Assembly (NCBI GenBank): GCA_046339595.1
Contig: JBKDUF010000096.1
Coordinates: 18,207-82,206, forward strand
Direction: 5' to 3'
Length of the DNA stretch: 64,000 nucleotides
Origin: Betaproteobacteria bacterium
GTDB taxonomy: Bacteria > Pseudomonadota > Gammaproteobacteria > Burkholderiales > SG8-41
The notes beneath the pieces were generated by a model. That model worked only from the letters and a program-made list of their open reading frames with translations, was not told the origin of the DNA and did no database searches. Shown here in pieces: positions 37,555 to 46,342 of the stretch (within the stretch, counting starts at the first letter, position 1; each line of letters begins with the position of its first letter). A program made the position numbers and the translations under genes.

Positions 37555-40227
37555 TCAGACGGTCGCCGGGTTCGGCTTGTCGGGATTGATGCCGTATTTC
37601 TTCACCGCCTCGGCCACGGTCTTGCGCGGCAGCAGTTCCTGGTCGGCGAGCGCCTTCATTGCCGCCACCGCGACGTAATGGCGGTCGACCTCGAAGAACT
37701 GGCGCAGCTTGCGGCGGGTGTCGGAACGGCCGAAGCCATCGGTGCCCAGGGTGATGAAATTGTGGGTCGGCAGGAAGGCTCGCACCTGGTCGGCGTAGAG
37801 CTTCATGTAGTCCGTGGCGGCCACCACAGGGCCGGCACGATCCTTCAGGCACTGCTCGATATAGGACTGGCGCGGCGGCTGGTCCGGGTGCAGCAGGTTC
37901 CAGCGCTGGGTGTCGAGACCGTCGCGGCGCAGCTCGTTAAAGCTGGTGACGCTCCAGATGTCGGCGGCGATGCCGAAATCCTTTTCCAGCAACTCGGCCC
38001 CGGCGATGACCTCGCGCAGGATGGTGCCGCTGCCGAGCAGCTGCACCTTCGGCTGGTTTTTCTTCGCCTTGCCCTCGGAGAACAGGTACATGCCCTTGAG
38101 GATGCCCTTTTCCACTCCCTCCGGCATCGCAGGATGGGTGTAGTTCTCGTTCATCACGGTGATGTAATAGAAGACGTCTTCCTGCTCCTGATACATCCGC
38201 CGCATGCCGTCCTGGATGATCACCGCAACCTCGTAGGCGAAGGTCGGGTCGTAGGAAATGCAGTTGGGAATGGTCGAGGCCAGGATGTGGCTGTGGCCGT
38301 CCTCATGCTGCAGGCCCTCGCCGTTCAGCGTGGTACGGCCCGCGGTGCCCCCGAGCAGGAAGCCGCGCGCGCGCAGGTCGCCCGCCGCCCAGGCCAGGTC
38401 GCCGATGCGCTGGAAGCCGAACATCGAATAGAAGATGTAGAACGGCATCATCATCTGGCCGTGGTTGGCGTATGCCGTTGCGGCTGCAATCCACGACGAC
38501 ATTGCGCCGGCCTCGTTGATGCCCTCCTGCAGGATCTGGCCGCCCTTGTCTTCCTTGTAGAACATCAGCTGGTCGGCATCCTGGGGCGTGTAGAGCTGGC
38601 CGACATGGGAATAGATGCCGAGCTGGCGGAACATGCCTTCCATGCCGAAGGTGCGCGACTCGTCGGGCACGATCGGCACCACGCGGCGCCCCACCTTCTT
38701 GTCACGGATGATGGTATTGAGGATGCGCACAAAAGCCATGGTGGTTGAAAACTCGCGGTCCTCGCTGCTTTTGAGCTGCGCCTCGAAGGCGGACAGCGGC
38801 GGCACCTCCAGCGGCTCCACCCTGCGCTTTCGCGCCGGCAGCGAGCCGCCCATCGCCTCGATGCGGCTGCGCAGGTATTTCATTTCCGGCGAGTCTTCAG
38901 ACGGCTTGTAGAACGGCACCTCTTCAAGCTTGTCGTCGGGAATCGGCACGTCAAAGCGGTCGCGGAAGGCGCGGATTGAGGCCGTGCCCATCTTTTTCTG
39001 CTGGTGGGTGATGTTCTGGCCTTCGCCCGCCTCGCCCATCCCGTAACCCTTGACGGTCTTCGCCAGTATCACCGTGGGCTGCCCGGTATGCTTCATTGCG
39101 GCGGCATAGGCGGCGAAAATCTTGTGGGGGTCATGGCCGCCGCGGTTCAGGCGCCAGATGTCGTCATCCGACATGTTCGACACCATTGCCGCGAGTTCCG
39201 GATATTTGCCGAAGAAATGCTTGCGCACGAAGGCGCCGTCGTGGGATTTGAAAGCCTGGTATTCGCCGTCGACGCACTCTTCCATGCGTTTGAGCAGGAT
39301 GCCGCTCTTGTCCCTCTGCAGCAGCGGGTCCCAATAAGAGCCCCAGATCACCTTGATCACGTTCCAGCCGGAGCCGCGGAAATCGGACTCGAGTTCCTGG
39401 ATGATCTTGCCGTTGCCGCGTACGGGGCCGTCAAGCCGCTGCAGGTTGCAGTTGATGACGAAAACCAGGTTGTCGAGCTTTTCGCGCCCGGCCAGCGAAA
39501 TCGCGCCCAGCGATTCGGGCTCGTCCATTTCGCCGTCGCCCATGAATGCCCAGACCTTGCGGCCCTGCGCCTCAATCATGCCGCGGTCTTTCAGGTAGCG
39601 CATGAAGCGCGCCTGGTAGATCGCCATCAGCGGCCCCAGTCCCATCGACACCGTCGGGAACTGCCAGAAATCCGGCATCAGCCAGGGGTGCGGATAGGAG
39701 GACAGCCCCTTGCCATCCACCTCCTGGCGGAAATTGTTGAGCTGTTCCTCGGTGATGCGGCCTTCGAGATAGGCGCGGGCGTAGACGCCGGGCGCGGAGT
39801 GGCCCTGGACGTAGACGAGATCGCCCAGGAACTTGTCGTTGGCGGCGCGGAAAAAATGGTTGAAACCGACGTCATAGAGAGTGGCCGCGGAAGCAAAGCT
39901 GGCAATGTGGCCGCCGAGTTCCGAGGACTCCTTGTTGGCGCGGATCACGGTGGCCATCGCGTTCCAGCGCACCAGGGAACGGATCTTGTGCTCGAGTTCG
40001 GCATCACCCGGCGAGCGTTCTTCGCGCTCGGGGGGAATGGTGTTGAGGTAGGCGGTGTTGGCGTTATACGGAATATATGCACCGGCGCGCCTCGCCTCGC
40101 CGATCAGGCGCTCGAGCAGATAATTGGCACGGTCCGGTCCTTCGCGTTCCAGTACGGAGCGCAGGGACTCCAGCCATTCGCGCGTCTCTTCAGGGTCGTG
40201 GTCGCGCTGCAGATCGTTCAGGTCCAT
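37555..40227 (-). CDS. aceE: Pyruvate dehydrogenase E1 component (homodimeric type)
   Basis: 890-aa AceE-type sequence (MDLNDLQRDHDPEETREWLESL...) with ThDP motif GDGEMDEPES. Confidence 0.96.
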   Translation of the reverse strand: MDLNDLQRDHDPEETREWLESLRSVLEREGPDRANYLLERLIGEARRAGAYIPYNANTAYLNTIPPEREERSPGDAELEHKIRSLVRWNAMATVIRANKESSELGGHIASFASAATLYDVGFNHFFRAANDKFLGDLVYVQGHSAPGVYARAYLEGRITEEQLNNFRQEVDGKGLSSYPHPWLMPDFWQFPTVSMGLGPLMAIYQARFMRYLKDRGMIEAQGRKVWAFMGDGEMDEPESLGAISLAGREKLDNLVFVINCNLQRLDGPVRGNGKIIQELESDFRGSGWNVIKVIWGSYWDPLLQRDKSGILLKRMEECVDGEYQAFKSHDGAFVRKHFFGKYPELAAMVSNMSDDDIWRLNRGGHDPHKIFAAYAAAMKHTGQPTVILAKTVKGYGMGEAGEGQNITHQQKKMGTASIRAFRDRFDVPIPDDKLEEVPFYKPSEDSPEMKYLRSRIEAMGGSLPARKRRVEPLEVPPLSAFEAQLKSSEDREFSTTMAFVRILNTIIRDKKVGRRVVPIVPDESRTFGMEGMFRQLGIYSHVGQLYTPQDADQLMFYKEDKGGQILQEGINEAGAMSSWIAAATAYANHGQMMMPFYIFYSMFGFQRIGDLAWAAGDLRARGFLLGGTAGRTTLNGEGLQHEDGHSHILASTIPNCISYDPTFAYEVAVIIQDGMRRMYQEQEDVFYYITVMNENYTHPAMPEGVEKGILKGMYLFSEGKAKKNQPKVQLLGSGTILREVIAGAELLEKDFGIAADIWSVTSFNELRRDGLDTQRWNLLHPDQPPRQSYIEQCLKDRAGPVVAATDYMKLYADQVRAFLPTHNFITLGTDGFGRSDTRRKLRQFFEVDRHYVAVAAMKALADQELLPRKTVAEAVKKYGINPDKPNPATV

Positions 40228-40281
40228 GGAATCAATACCTTTTTGGGGCGGTTTTTGACCAGGCGGATTAACGCCGTATAA

Positions 40282-40302
40282 ACGGGCACTTATGGTGCCC
40301 GT
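40282..40302. promoter_or_regulatory. Perfect 8+8 inverted repeat in the aceE leader (ACGGGCAC-TTATG-GTGCCCGT)
   Basis: Read directly from the sequence. It lies 55-75 nt upstream of the aceE ATG, downstream of a minus-strand TATAAT (40327-40332). It could be a DNA operator or an RNA hairpin. Confidence 0.5.
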
Positions 40303-40321
40303 ACCGGACGGCAGGTGGGAT

Positions 40322-40356
40322 GAATAATTATAAACGCAGCCCTGAAAAACTCAGGG
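40322..40356 (-). terminator. Candidate terminator after the phaC-crotonase operon
   Basis: CCCTGA-AAAAC-TCAGGG hairpin (40340-40356). The minus strand then reads CTGCGTTTATAATTATT, which is only moderately U-rich. Confidence 0.3.
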
Positions 40357-40413
40357 ACATCAGCGCCATGGCGCGCTGGTGCGCCGCAACATCGCGGCGC
40401 CGGCAGTTGGCCT

Positions 40414-41199
40414 TCAGCGGCCGCTGAATCGAGGCGGACGCTTTTCGAGAAAAGCGCGCATGCCTTCCTTCTGATCGGCGCTCGCGAAGGCCTGCGCGAA
40501 CTGCGCGGTCTCATAGGCGCAGGCGTTGGCCAGGTCCAGATCGGCACCGCAACGCACGGCCTGCTTGGCCAGACGCACTGCCAGCGGCCCCTTCGCCGCC
40601 AGGGTGCGCGCCAGCGCGAGTCCGGCGTCGAGCAAGGCTTCGGGTGCAACCACCTGCGCGACCAGGCCCAAGGTCAGGGCCTCGGCCGCCGGAATCTGGC
40701 GTCCGGTGGTGACCAGTTCCATGGCGCGCGCCCGGCCGACCCGGCGCAGCAGACGCTGGGTGCCGCCGAAGCCAGGCGGAATGCCCAGATTGACCTCGGG
40801 CTGGCCGAATACTGCGCGTTCGGAAGCGATGATCCAGTCGCAGGCCAGCGCGAGTTCGCAGCCTCCGCCCAGCGCGTAGCCGTTGACGAGGGCAACCACT
40901 GGCACGGGCAGCGTCTCCAGGGCCTGCAGGGCGCGCAGGCCGGCCCGGGAAAAATCGGCGGCCCCGGCGGGATCCAGGTCCTGCATTTCGGCGATATCGG
41001 CACCGGCGACGAAAGCCCGCTCTCCGCTGCCGGTCAACAGCAGCACGCGTGCCGCGTCATCGGCGGCAACAGCAGCCGCAGCATCGGTGATCGCAGCCAG
41101 CGTGGCCGAGTTGAGGGCGTTCAGGGCCTGCGGCCGGTTGATGCGCAGCAGATAGATGCCGGGCGCGGCTTGTTCCAGCAGAACCGTACTGTCATTCAT
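40414..41199 (-). CDS. Enoyl-CoA hydratase/isomerase (crotonase) family protein
   Basis: LLRINRPQALNALN and VALVNGYALGGGCELALACD (oxyanion-hole region). The start is either ATG 41199 or TTG 41205, which directly abuts the phaC stop. Confidence 0.85.
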   Translation of the reverse strand: MNDSTVLLEQAAPGIYLLRINRPQALNALNSATLAAITDAAAAVAADDAARVLLLTGSGERAFVAGADIAEMQDLDPAGAADFSRAGLRALQALETLPVPVVALVNGYALGGGCELALACDWIIASERAVFGQPEVNLGIPPGFGGTQRLLRRVGRARAMELVTTGRQIPAAEALTLGLVAQVVAPEALLDAGLALARTLAAKGPLAVRLAKQAVRCGADLDLANACAYETAQFAQAFASADQKEGMRAFLEKRPPRFSGR

Positions 41200-41205
41200 C
41201 GGCAA

Positions 41206-43011
41206 TCAGGCCTGTCGTTTTTGAACGTAGGAACCCGGCGCATCCTCGATCGGCGGATGGGCGAGGCTGCCGGGGGCCCGTGCCGGAATCCGGGCGCCGG
41301 CCTGTGCGGCCACCCACTGCGCCCAGTCGCTCCACCAGGAACCGGGGTGCTGTTGTGCTGCGGCGAACCAGTCACGGGATTCGCGCGGCAGCGCATCATG
41401 GGTCCAGTAACCGTATTTGTTCGCTGCAGGCGGATTGATGATGCCGGCAATGTGCCCTGAGCCTCCGAGCACGAAACGCACCGGCCCCTTGAGCAGGCGC
41501 GCGCCGGCATAGGTTGATTGCCAGGGAGCGATATGGTCTTCGACCGTTGAAATGAAATACGACGGTGCGATGACCTTGGTGATGTCGATCGGAGTGCCCG
41601 CAAGGGTAATGCCGCCGGGTTCACGCAGCCGGTTCTTCAGATACATGTTGCGCAGGTAGAAACTGTGCATCGCAGCCGGCATCCGCGTCGAGTCGCCGTT
41701 CCAGTACAGCAGATCGAAGGGGAAGGGATCCTTGCCGAGCAGGTAATTGTTGACGACAAAGGACCAGATCAGGTCGTTAGCGCGCAGCAGGTTGAAGGTG
41801 GTCGCCATCTCGGAGCCCTCGAGATAGCCGCGCTCCTCCATCTTTTTCTCCAGCGCCGAAACCTGCTGTTCGTCGATGAACACCTCGAGCTCTCCGGGGC
41901 GCTCGAAATCGATCATGGTCACTAAAAAGGTGGCGCTGGCAATACGGTCATCGCCGCGCGCGGCGAGCCAGGCCAGCGTGCAGGCGAGCAGCGTACCGCC
42001 GAGACAGTAGCCGATCACATTGGCCGTGGGCTCGCCGGTAATGGCGCGCACCGCATCCAGCGCCGCCAGCGAGCCTTCGGCCAGGTAGTCATCGAAGCGC
42101 TTGTGCGCAAGTTTCTCGTCGGGGTTGACCCAGGAAATCATGAATACCGTGTGGCCCTGCTCCACCGCCCAGCGCACGAAGGAATTGTTCTCGCGCATGT
42201 CGAGGATGTAGAACTTGTTGATCCAGGGCGGGATGATCAGCAACGGCGTCCTGTGCACCTCACTGGTCAGCGGCGAGTACTGGATGAGTTGCAGAATTTC
42301 ATTCTGGAAAACCACCTTGCCCCTGGTGTTGGCGAGGTTGCCACCCAGACTGAAGGCCTCAGTGTCGGTCATGCGCACCCGCAGCTGCTCCCCGTTACCT
42401 CGGGCGAGGTCCTCAAGCAGATTGTTCAGCCCCTTTACGAGGTTTTGCCCGCCCGAACTGATGGTTTCGCGCATGGCCTCGGGATTGGTCAGCAGGAAGT
42501 TCGACGGGGCCAGGGCATCCACATATTGCCGGGTATAGAAATCCACCTTTTTCGCAGTCTTGTCGTCGAGCCCCTGGACATCGGCGAGCGACTTGTGCAG
42601 GTGGCGTGCGGCGATCAGGTATGACTGCTTGACGTAGTCGTAGAGGAAATTGTTTTCCCAGTCCTCGTGGCGGAACCGGCGATCACCCTTCTCCGGCTGG
42701 GCCACCGGCTCTGCGGGTTGGCCCAGCATACGCAACCAGGAGCTTTGCCATAGCGCGGCATAGTCCTGCCACAGCTTCATCTGCAGTTCCGCAAGCCGCA
42801 TCGGATCGGCCAGGACCCGGCCCCAGGCATCAAAAAAGGCCTTGGCGATGCCCAATTCGTCATTCATCGCCTGAGCGCCCTTGTCGGCCGCGCGATGCAT
42901 GAACTGGTTGACCAGCGCACCGCTTTTCTGGGCGATGTCGGCGTAAAGGCGCGCCAGCTCGGCCGGCTCAAGCGGCGTGGATTCGGCTTGTGGCTTGTTT
43001 TTGGCTGTCAT
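41206..43011 (-). CDS. phaC: Class I poly(R)-hydroxyalkanoate synthase
   Basis: 601 aa with lipase-box GYCLGG (VIGYCLGGTLL) and a conserved PhaC N-terminal domain. Confidence 0.93.
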   Translation of the reverse strand: MTAKNKPQAESTPLEPAELARLYADIAQKSGALVNQFMHRAADKGAQAMNDELGIAKAFFDAWGRVLADPMRLAELQMKLWQDYAALWQSSWLRMLGQPAEPVAQPEKGDRRFRHEDWENNFLYDYVKQSYLIAARHLHKSLADVQGLDDKTAKKVDFYTRQYVDALAPSNFLLTNPEAMRETISSGGQNLVKGLNNLLEDLARGNGEQLRVRMTDTEAFSLGGNLANTRGKVVFQNEILQLIQYSPLTSEVHRTPLLIIPPWINKFYILDMRENNSFVRWAVEQGHTVFMISWVNPDEKLAHKRFDDYLAEGSLAALDAVRAITGEPTANVIGYCLGGTLLACTLAWLAARGDDRIASATFLVTMIDFERPGELEVFIDEQQVSALEKKMEERGYLEGSEMATTFNLLRANDLIWSFVVNNYLLGKDPFPFDLLYWNGDSTRMPAAMHSFYLRNMYLKNRLREPGGITLAGTPIDITKVIAPSYFISTVEDHIAPWQSTYAGARLLKGPVRFVLGGSGHIAGIINPPAANKYGYWTHDALPRESRDWFAAAQQHPGSWWSDWAQWVAAQAGARIPARAPGSLAHPPIEDAPGSYVQKRQA

Positions 43012-43036
43012 CGCTAGGCGCTTTCGCTTTGTTTAC

Positions 43037-43050
43037 TTACGTTTACGTAA
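43037..43050. promoter_or_regulatory. Palindromic operator candidate TTACGT-TT-ACGTAA (MerR/LiuR-like site)
   Basis: Perfect 6+6 inverted repeat, 26 bp upstream of the phaC ATG and 97 bp upstream of the divergent MerR-family gene. Confidence 0.5.
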
Positions 43051-43146
43051 AAGCAATGTTAAAATGGATCAATCAAATAAGTCCTGATAATTCAAGCATG
43101 AAGGCAAATTGCCCGAATACTATACATTCAATTGCTGCATAGCACA

Positions 43147-43548
43147 ATGAGCAAAACTTACACCATCAGCGAATTGGCCGAAGAATTCGGTGTGACCACG
43201 CGCACCCTCCGTCACTACGAAGACGAGGGCCTGGTCACACCGGCCCGAGAGGGCTTGCAGCGCCTCTACAGCCACCGCGACCGGGTGCGGTTGAAACTTG
43301 CCCTGCGCGGCAAGCGACTGGGTTTCTCGCTGAGCGAATTACGCGAGCTGTTCCAGCTCTACGATTTGGCCAACGACGAACGCCGGCAACTGGAAGAGTT
43401 TGCCGTGAAACTCGAGCGCCGTCGCGCCCAGCTGGAGCAGCAGCGGGAAGATGTCGAGATCATGCTCAATGAAATCAATTTTTTTTCCAATCAGTGTCAG
43501 CGCCTGCTCGCCGAGTCTGACACCGGCAAGAATCCGGTGTCTGGATGA
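43147..43548 (+). CDS. MerR-family transcriptional regulator (LiuR-like)
   Basis: MSKTYTISELAEEFGVTTRTLRHYEDEGLV (MerR HTH) plus a coiled-coil dimerisation helix. It lies upstream of the enoyl-CoA hydratase and HMG-CoA lyase genes. Confidence 0.8.
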   Translation: MSKTYTISELAEEFGVTTRTLRHYEDEGLVTPAREGLQRLYSHRDRVRLKLALRGKRLGFSLSELRELFQLYDLANDERRQLEEFAVKLERRRAQLEQQREDVEIMLNEINFFSNQCQRLLAESDTGKNPVSG

Positions 43549-43561
43549 TTTCAGCCTTCCG

Positions 43562-43577
43562 TTAACGTAAAAGTAAA
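43562..43577. promoter_or_regulatory. Degenerate second copy of the ACGTAA-type operator (TTAACGTAAAAGTAAA)
   Basis: Shares 12/19 positions with the 43033-43051 site. Located between the regulator stop and the next gene. Confidence 0.3.
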
Positions 43578-43580
43578 ATA

Positions 43581-43600
43581 TCAAATAAAACAATGGGTTA
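43581..43600 (+). repeat. AT-rich motif copy (TCAAATAAAACAATGGGTTA)
   Basis: One mismatch to TCAATYAAAWCAA-N4-TTA. Ends 8 nt before the ATG at 43608. Confidence 0.55.
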
Positions 43601-43607
43601 GCGCTGG

Positions 43608-44207
43608 ATGGCAACACCAATCGAGTTCTACTTCGATTTTTCCTCCCCCTACGGCTGGTTTGCTGCGGAACAGATCGAGGCGCTGGCCGCACGTCATGGT
43701 CGTGAAGCGCTGTGGCGGCCCATCCTGCTGGGCGCCGTGTTCAAGATTACCGGCCAGCAGCCGCTGGTGACCATCCCGCTCAAAGGCCGCTACGCCGAAC
43801 ACGACATGCTGCGCTCGGCACGTGCCTGCGGCCTGCCCTTCCGCAAACCCACGCGGTTTCCGATCGCGACTGCGGCCGCCTGCCGCGCCTGCTACAGCAT
43901 CACGGACCGTGATCCGGCGGCCGCAAAAAAACTCGCACTTGCGCTCTACCGCGCCTACTTCACCGAGGACCGCGACATTTCCGCAGCGGCCGTGGTGACC
44001 GCGGTGGCCACCGGCCTTGGCCTCGATGCCGCTGCAATCGGCGCCGCCATTGACGATGCAGCAGTAAAGGAGCGCCTGCGGCTGGAAATCGAGACCGCAG
44101 TGGCGCGCGGGGTATTCGGCTCCCCGTACCTGATCGTGGACGGCGAACCGTTCTGGGGCGCCGATCGCCTTGATCAGGTTGCGCGCTGGCTCGAACAGCC
44201 GTGGTGA
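43608..44207 (+). CDS. 2-hydroxychromene-2-carboxylate isomerase / DsbA-like thioredoxin-fold protein
   Basis: IEFYFDFSSPYGWFAAEQIE...FGSPYLIVDGEPFWGADRL is typical of the HCCA isomerase family. Confidence 0.8.
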   Translation: MATPIEFYFDFSSPYGWFAAEQIEALAARHGREALWRPILLGAVFKITGQQPLVTIPLKGRYAEHDMLRSARACGLPFRKPTRFPIATAAACRACYSITDRDPAAAKKLALALYRAYFTEDRDISAAAVVTAVATGLGLDAAAIGAAIDDAAVKERLRLEIETAVARGVFGSPYLIVDGEPFWGADRLDQVARWLEQPW

Positions 44208-44261
44208 TCGCATCCAATCCACACGCTGGAAACAGCCGCGGCCGGCACCAGGCCGCTGCGT

Positions 44262-44267
44262 ATAATC
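44262..44267 (+). promoter_or_regulatory. Candidate -10 box (TATAAT) upstream of the enoyl-CoA hydratase gene
   Basis: GCGTATAATCGCCGG lies 70 nt before the ATG at 44338. Pattern match only. Confidence 0.35.
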
Positions 44268-44337
44268 GCCGGGCTGAATGGAAGCCGGCCTCGCGTGGCG
44301 CCGGCACATCCCCCACCCGCATCCAGGACCACCTGCC

Positions 44338-45195
44338 ATGAGCAAAGCCCGTAGCGCAGCGCGCGTACTGCAGCATCGCGACGATTTCGGCAACGTCACG
44401 CTGACGCTGAACCGCCCCGAGGTACACAACGCCTTCGACAGCGAGATGGTGCAGGCGTTGACGGCAGCGCTCGACGACATGGCCGCCGATGACAGCGTGC
44501 GTGCGGTGGTGCTCGCCGGTGCCGGCAAGAGCTTCTGCGCCGGCGCCGACATCGGCCACATGCGTGCCAGCGCGAAATTCACGCCGGCGCAGAACCGCGC
44601 CAACGCCGCAGCCTCGGCGCGCATGTTCCACCGCCTCTACAGCCTGGACAAGCCCACCATCGCCGCGGTACACGGCGCGGTGCGCGGTGGCGGCTGCGGC
44701 CTGGTCGCAGCCTGCGACATCGCAATCGGTGCGCGCACCGCGACGTTCCGCCTGTCTGAAGTGAAGATCGGCATCATCCCCTCGATGATCAGCCCCTATG
44801 TCATCGCCGCAATCGGCGAGCGCCAGGCCCGGCGCTACATGCTGAGCGGCGAGGAATTCGACTGTGCAGAAGCCTGGCGCATCGGCCTCATCCACGACCT
44901 GGTGGAAGAAGAACACCTGGTCTCCCGCGTCGGCGAAATGCTCGGCCAGCTCTACAGCAGCGGCCCGAAGGCGATGGCCGCGGTGAAGCGGATGATCCCC
45001 GCCAGCGCCCACGCGCTGATCGGCGACGACATCGTCAAGCGTACCGCCGACGGCATCGCCGAAATCCGCGCCACGCCCGAGGCACAGGAAGGCCTGAGCG
45101 CATTCCTGGAAAAACGCAGACCGGCGTGGACCGAGCCGCCCAAGGCCAAAGGCGCTGCACGACCCGGGGCTGCCGGCAAGCGCAGCAAGCGCTGA
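44338..45195 (+). CDS. Enoyl-CoA hydratase (methylglutaconyl-CoA hydratase-like) with basic C-terminal tail
   Basis: Internal ATG of ORF 44278..45195. LTLNRPEVHNAF and AAVHGAVRGGGCGLVAACD indicate the crotonase fold. It sits next to HMG-CoA lyase. Confidence 0.8.
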   Translation: MSKARSAARVLQHRDDFGNVTLTLNRPEVHNAFDSEMVQALTAALDDMAADDSVRAVVLAGAGKSFCAGADIGHMRASAKFTPAQNRANAAASARMFHRLYSLDKPTIAAVHGAVRGGGCGLVAACDIAIGARTATFRLSEVKIGIIPSMISPYVIAAIGERQARRYMLSGEEFDCAEAWRIGLIHDLVEEEHLVSRVGEMLGQLYSSGPKAMAAVKRMIPASAHALIGDDIVKRTADGIAEIRATPEAQEGLSAFLEKRRPAWTEPPKAKGAARPGAAGKRSKR

Positions 45196-45212
45196 GCGGA
45201 ACGGGTCTGCCC

Positions 45213-46118
45213 ATGACACTGCCGAAAAAGGTCCGCATCGTCGAGGTCGGCCCGCGGGACGGCCTGCAGAACGAAGCCAAGCCGGTACCCGCCGCCGCCA
45301 AGATCGAACTGATCCACCGCCTGCAGGATGCCGGCGTGTCGATCATCGAGGCCACCGCCTTCGTGTCGCCCAAATGGGTGCCGCAGATGGCCGACAACGC
45401 CGAGGTGATGGCAGGCATCCGCCGCAAGCCCGGCGTCACCTATCCGGTGCTGGTGCCCAACATGAAAGGTCTGGACGCGGCAATCGCTGCCGGTGCCGAC
45501 GAGGTGGTGGTGTTCGGTGCCGCCACCGAGAGCTTTTCGAAGCGCAACACCAACTGCAGCATTGACGAGGGCCTCGCCCGTTTCGAGGGGGTTGCGCAAG
45601 CGGCCATCGCCAAAGGCATACGGGTGCGCGGTGACATTTCAGTCTGCCTCGGTTGCCCCTATGAAGGCAAAGTCGATCCCGCCGCGGTGGTGCACGTCGC
45701 GCGCGCGCTGGATGCCATGGGCTGCTACGAGATCACCGTCTGCGACACCATCGGTATCGGCACCGCCGGTGAAACGCGCCGGATGATCGAGGCAGTGGCG
45801 AAGCACATTCCGGTCGAACGCATGGCCGGCCACTTCCACGACACCTACAGCCAGGCGCTGACCAACATCTATGCCGCACTCGAATGCGGCATCATGACTT
45901 TCGACAGTTCGGCTTCAGGCCTCGGTGGCTGCCCTTACGCCAAAGGGGCCACCGGCAATGTCGCCACCGAGGATGTGCTCTACCTGCTCAACGGCCTTGG
46001 CATCGAAACCGGCATCAACATGGACGGGCTGATCGCCGCCGGCGACTTCATCTGTGGCGTACTCGGCCGCCCGACGCTGTCACGCGTGGCACGCGCGATC
46101 CGTGCCCGGTCGGCGTAA
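45213..46118 (+). CDS. Hydroxymethylglutaryl-CoA lyase
   Basis: MTLPKKVRIVEVGPRDGLQNE... plus HFHDTYSQALTN and GLGGCPYA motifs. Confidence 0.92.
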   Translation: MTLPKKVRIVEVGPRDGLQNEAKPVPAAAKIELIHRLQDAGVSIIEATAFVSPKWVPQMADNAEVMAGIRRKPGVTYPVLVPNMKGLDAAIAAGADEVVVFGAATESFSKRNTNCSIDEGLARFEGVAQAAIAKGIRVRGDISVCLGCPYEGKVDPAAVVHVARALDAMGCYEITVCDTIGIGTAGETRRMIEAVAKHIPVERMAGHFHDTYSQALTNIYAALECGIMTFDSSASGLGGCPYAKGATGNVATEDVLYLLNGLGIETGINMDGLIAAGDFICGVLGRPTLSRVARAIRARSA

Positions 46119-46327
46119 TGTCGGTGACACCCCCCGCGGCGGATGCCGGCGACATCGAATCGCCGTGTGTGCGCGTATGCATCCTCGACCGCGTGCAGCG
46201 CCTTTGCATCGGCTGTTACCGCAACCTGGACGAGATCAGCTTCTGGTCCCGCTACAGCAATGCGCAAAGACAGGAAGTGCTGGCGCAGATCGAGATCCGC
46301 CGCGCCACGATCAAGCTTGAAGACTGA
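46118..46327 (+). CDS. DUF1289 domain-containing small protein
   Basis: The ATG overlaps the lyase stop (TAATG). SPCVRVCILD...CIGCYRNLDEISFW is a DUF1289-type Cys pattern. Confidence 0.7.
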   Translation: MSVTPPAADAGDIESPCVRVCILDRVQRLCIGCYRNLDEISFWSRYSNAQRQEVLAQIEIRRATIKLED

Positions 46328-46342
46328 CCCGGAGTCCGCACC

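Noticed and set aside
40321-40334. TGAATAATTATAAA resembling an ARG box (TGAATAATTATTCA) upstream of aceE.
   Set aside because: It is a single half-convincing box, whereas ARG operators are normally paired. The context is not an arginine gene, and the same bases are better explained as a -10 TATAAT plus a terminator U-tract.
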